Below, piece after piece: positions 61,491 through 64,000 of a stretch of 64,000 nt of DNA. The notes under the pieces were generated by a model that worked only from the letters and a program-made list of their open reading frames with translations, searched no databases and had not been told where the DNA came from. The stretch is taken from contig CM119372.1 in the NCBI GenBank assembly GCA_051294905.1, forward strand, positions 12,772,001 through 12,836,000. Reading direction: 5' to 3'. This stretch comes from Botryllus schlosseri (Eukaryota). Positions within the stretch are counted from its first letter, which is position 1, and each line of letters starts with the position of its first letter. The position numbers were made by a program, and so were the translations under genes.

Positions 61491-64000
61491 ACGTCACTTT
61501 CCAGCTCTGTCGTGCTGTGCCTTGCGTGGATTAAAAATCAGGGCCTCAAATTCTGAAACTTATCCGGCATTCAGCGGTAGTTCTAAAATAACGATGACGT
61601 TGATCACAGAATATGATACATCTGCTAGGAAAATAACACGCAGAATTATAGGTTTAATAAATCTTCCAACTCTGTTGCCCGAATAGCTACCGACCTCTTT
61701 CCAATGCGCATCTTGTCGACAGAAATTTACAGCAGAATACTTTTGTTAAATCGGCTATCGCTGTGCTGCAGAATCCAAGTAAACACCGGGTACTTGCGAA
61801 GCACGCGATGCGACAAACGAATTCCGGTTAAAGGTCGAATGACTGCTTTGGGTGAAACATGCATTTCCCGATCCTTCGTGAGTCATTGCAACCATTATAC
61901 GTATCAGTGACGTACTAGTTGCAGACAGACAATATACAATATAAGAGCTTGTCTTGTATTTCAAACGTGTTTGGTTTGATTCTCTTCGTGGAATTATGGA
62001 GTAAAATTTTGCAATCCATATTAACATGTTTATAAGCCCAATATTGCTCGTGAATTGACTTTCTCCCAAAATAAAACCGAAAAGATTATTCAGATGATGG
62101 ATGTATGTACCGTGTACCCGTACCGTTCAACAAAACTTGATCAATATTAGCCTAGCAGCAGATGTACGTAATCGAAAGTCGCCGTTTAAATGTGTAATAT
62201 GGATAACTTTCGGGGTATCACAAAACAGACTATTTTCAGAACGTACGCATATTATTAAGTGTGTGGAAATTTGACGGTTATTTCGAAAACACTAATTTGC
62301 CAATCCACCCCTAGCTGAATTACAGTTAATTTCAGATATTACGAGTTACGACGCTTGTATACGCTATACGTAGTATCGTTGATAATATTATACAATAACT
62401 TATGTAAGAACTGGTTTCTGCTTGAATGAAATAAGAGTTATACGAAGGTTTGTGAAGCATCATGATCACATTTTGGGAGGTTAGTAACGGCTGGTAACAA
62501 TGATCGTATAGAAACGTTGGATCACATTTAGTCATTAGTTTCGAGACAAACTTCATGTTTTTGAGCGACGGAATGACAGGCAGTTTGAAAATATTTTGGA
62601 AACGCCAAGTTCTTACAATCACAAGCAATCGAGGTGTCAAAAGACGCATGGCGCGATGCACGTAAAGAAGAAACTGAAATTGCTTACAATGTTTAACGAA
62701 GGGATCCGGAACAATTTCGCCGATATTAAAACCGCCCGGCGAAATTGCATGGCGGACAGTCATCACCAAGAAAATTTAAGATTAATTAGCAGCTTTGGTG
62801 GCAATCGATCATTGGTATTATTTTTACTGTTTTTGAACTGCGCCTTCGTCATATCATGTTCCCACGTATAGTCTATAATTGGGACAGAGAAGCTGGAGTT
62901 TATATTGCGTTTGGAGCGCAAAACGAAGTTCCCTATATATTGACGAAGAATTGAAGGAATTAACAACTATATTTATAAATGATGCGCTACCCAGCTTCAC
63001 CTGAGGGTCGCAGGATATGTTCCGTTTCAACCTAACACGATTTCTTAAAGTCGAAAACTTCAGATCGCTGATATTTAAATAAATTTATTGGGGGAATTGT
63101 CCGATGAATAAATGAAATAAAAGGTGTGAGCATTATCGATTTGCGAATCCTGTGCGAATCCGTTTTTAATCAAAAACAAATTCACGAAATACCTACATAT
63201 GATCGGGATGATCTACGGCCTACGCGGATGCCACCAATACGCCTGCTATATATTTCAAGTTCCATGGTACCATAAATGAGTTTAACTGATTGGAAGTGAG
63301 TAAACTAAAGATTCATCCGGTGTATTGCCATACCGCATCACCATGTTGTTGAGTAAGTATTTGTGACAGTTGAAATGTTATTTTCATGGCTGATTTTGAA
63401 GTGTGACCGTGATATACTGCGAGTGATGATGAGGCCATTTTCGATGAGGAAAGCAAGGAGATTCTGTGATCACGTGATATCTTATGCTGGACCTGAGTTT
63501 CTGTTCTGGTCTTGTTTAGTATCGCTATTCACCAATGCTTCAGTAATATTTGACCAGAGATAACTGGAGAAGATCCGGGGATAAGAGCCGGAGTGGATTC
63601 TTATGTGCTGGTAATCAGTCCTAATTGTACTAGACTAGAGTTTTGCGAAGACAGTAAAGCATTTTGTCGTTGGCGGGGTGATACGTCAGTATCGAGTCTA
63701 CAAGAGAAATTATCACACAAAATCTGCACTCTTCAAGAAGATGGAAATCGTTCTGTCCCTCATAAAAGCGTGATTAACTGATTAAAATACCACACATTGC
63801 TAATAAATTTGTTTCAAGTCCATGATTTTGGGATAGTTCATGGGTATGCATATACAGTATGGCAAGGACAAACAAGCACGGCGTTATAATACGAATTTGG
63901 CAATTAGTGTATAAATGATCCATAGTTGGAATAAAATAGTTGGGGATTACATTCCCTGACGTTGAGATCGCATGAAAACGCTCCCAATTTCACGGAACTC

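Noticed and set aside
62332-62966. 145-aa minus ORF ending ISYCIILSTILRI (olfactory-receptor TM5-like) with an upstream ORF in another frame
   Set aside because: No other GPCR helices or motifs, no acceptor linking the frames; probably a chance match.

Overview
AT-rich metazoan genomic DNA with many short (54-71 nt) introns; possibly an ascidian, inferred weakly from an LF-type neuropeptide precursor. All gene models and homologies below were hand-derived from remembered protein sequences, with no database search. (1) A minus-strand SFSWAP (suppressor of white-apricot) gene has 17 phase-consistent coding exons from 15210 down to about 195; its start codon was not located and it probably runs off the window start. 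(2) A complete 5-exon STPG4-like gene is nested antisense in one SFSWAP intron. (3) Another SFSWAP intron holds a 2.46-kb hAT-type element with about 680-bp inverted arms (apparently two right ends) and an intact 8-bp TSD. (4) A minus-strand exon at 19776-20194 encodes a candidate neuropeptide precursor with three xxxLF peptides. (5) A nested transposon stack occupies 24166-28362. (6) An unidentified multi-exon minus-strand gene lies at 34.3-38.4 kb and a candidate death-fold exon at 45.6-45.9 kb. Also present: several hAT and Kolobok-like MITEs, two tRNA-derived SINE families and CR1/L2-type LINE 3' ends. The 43-64 kb part is largely non-coding at the level I can read. No rRNA, bona fide tRNA or CRISPR array is supported.
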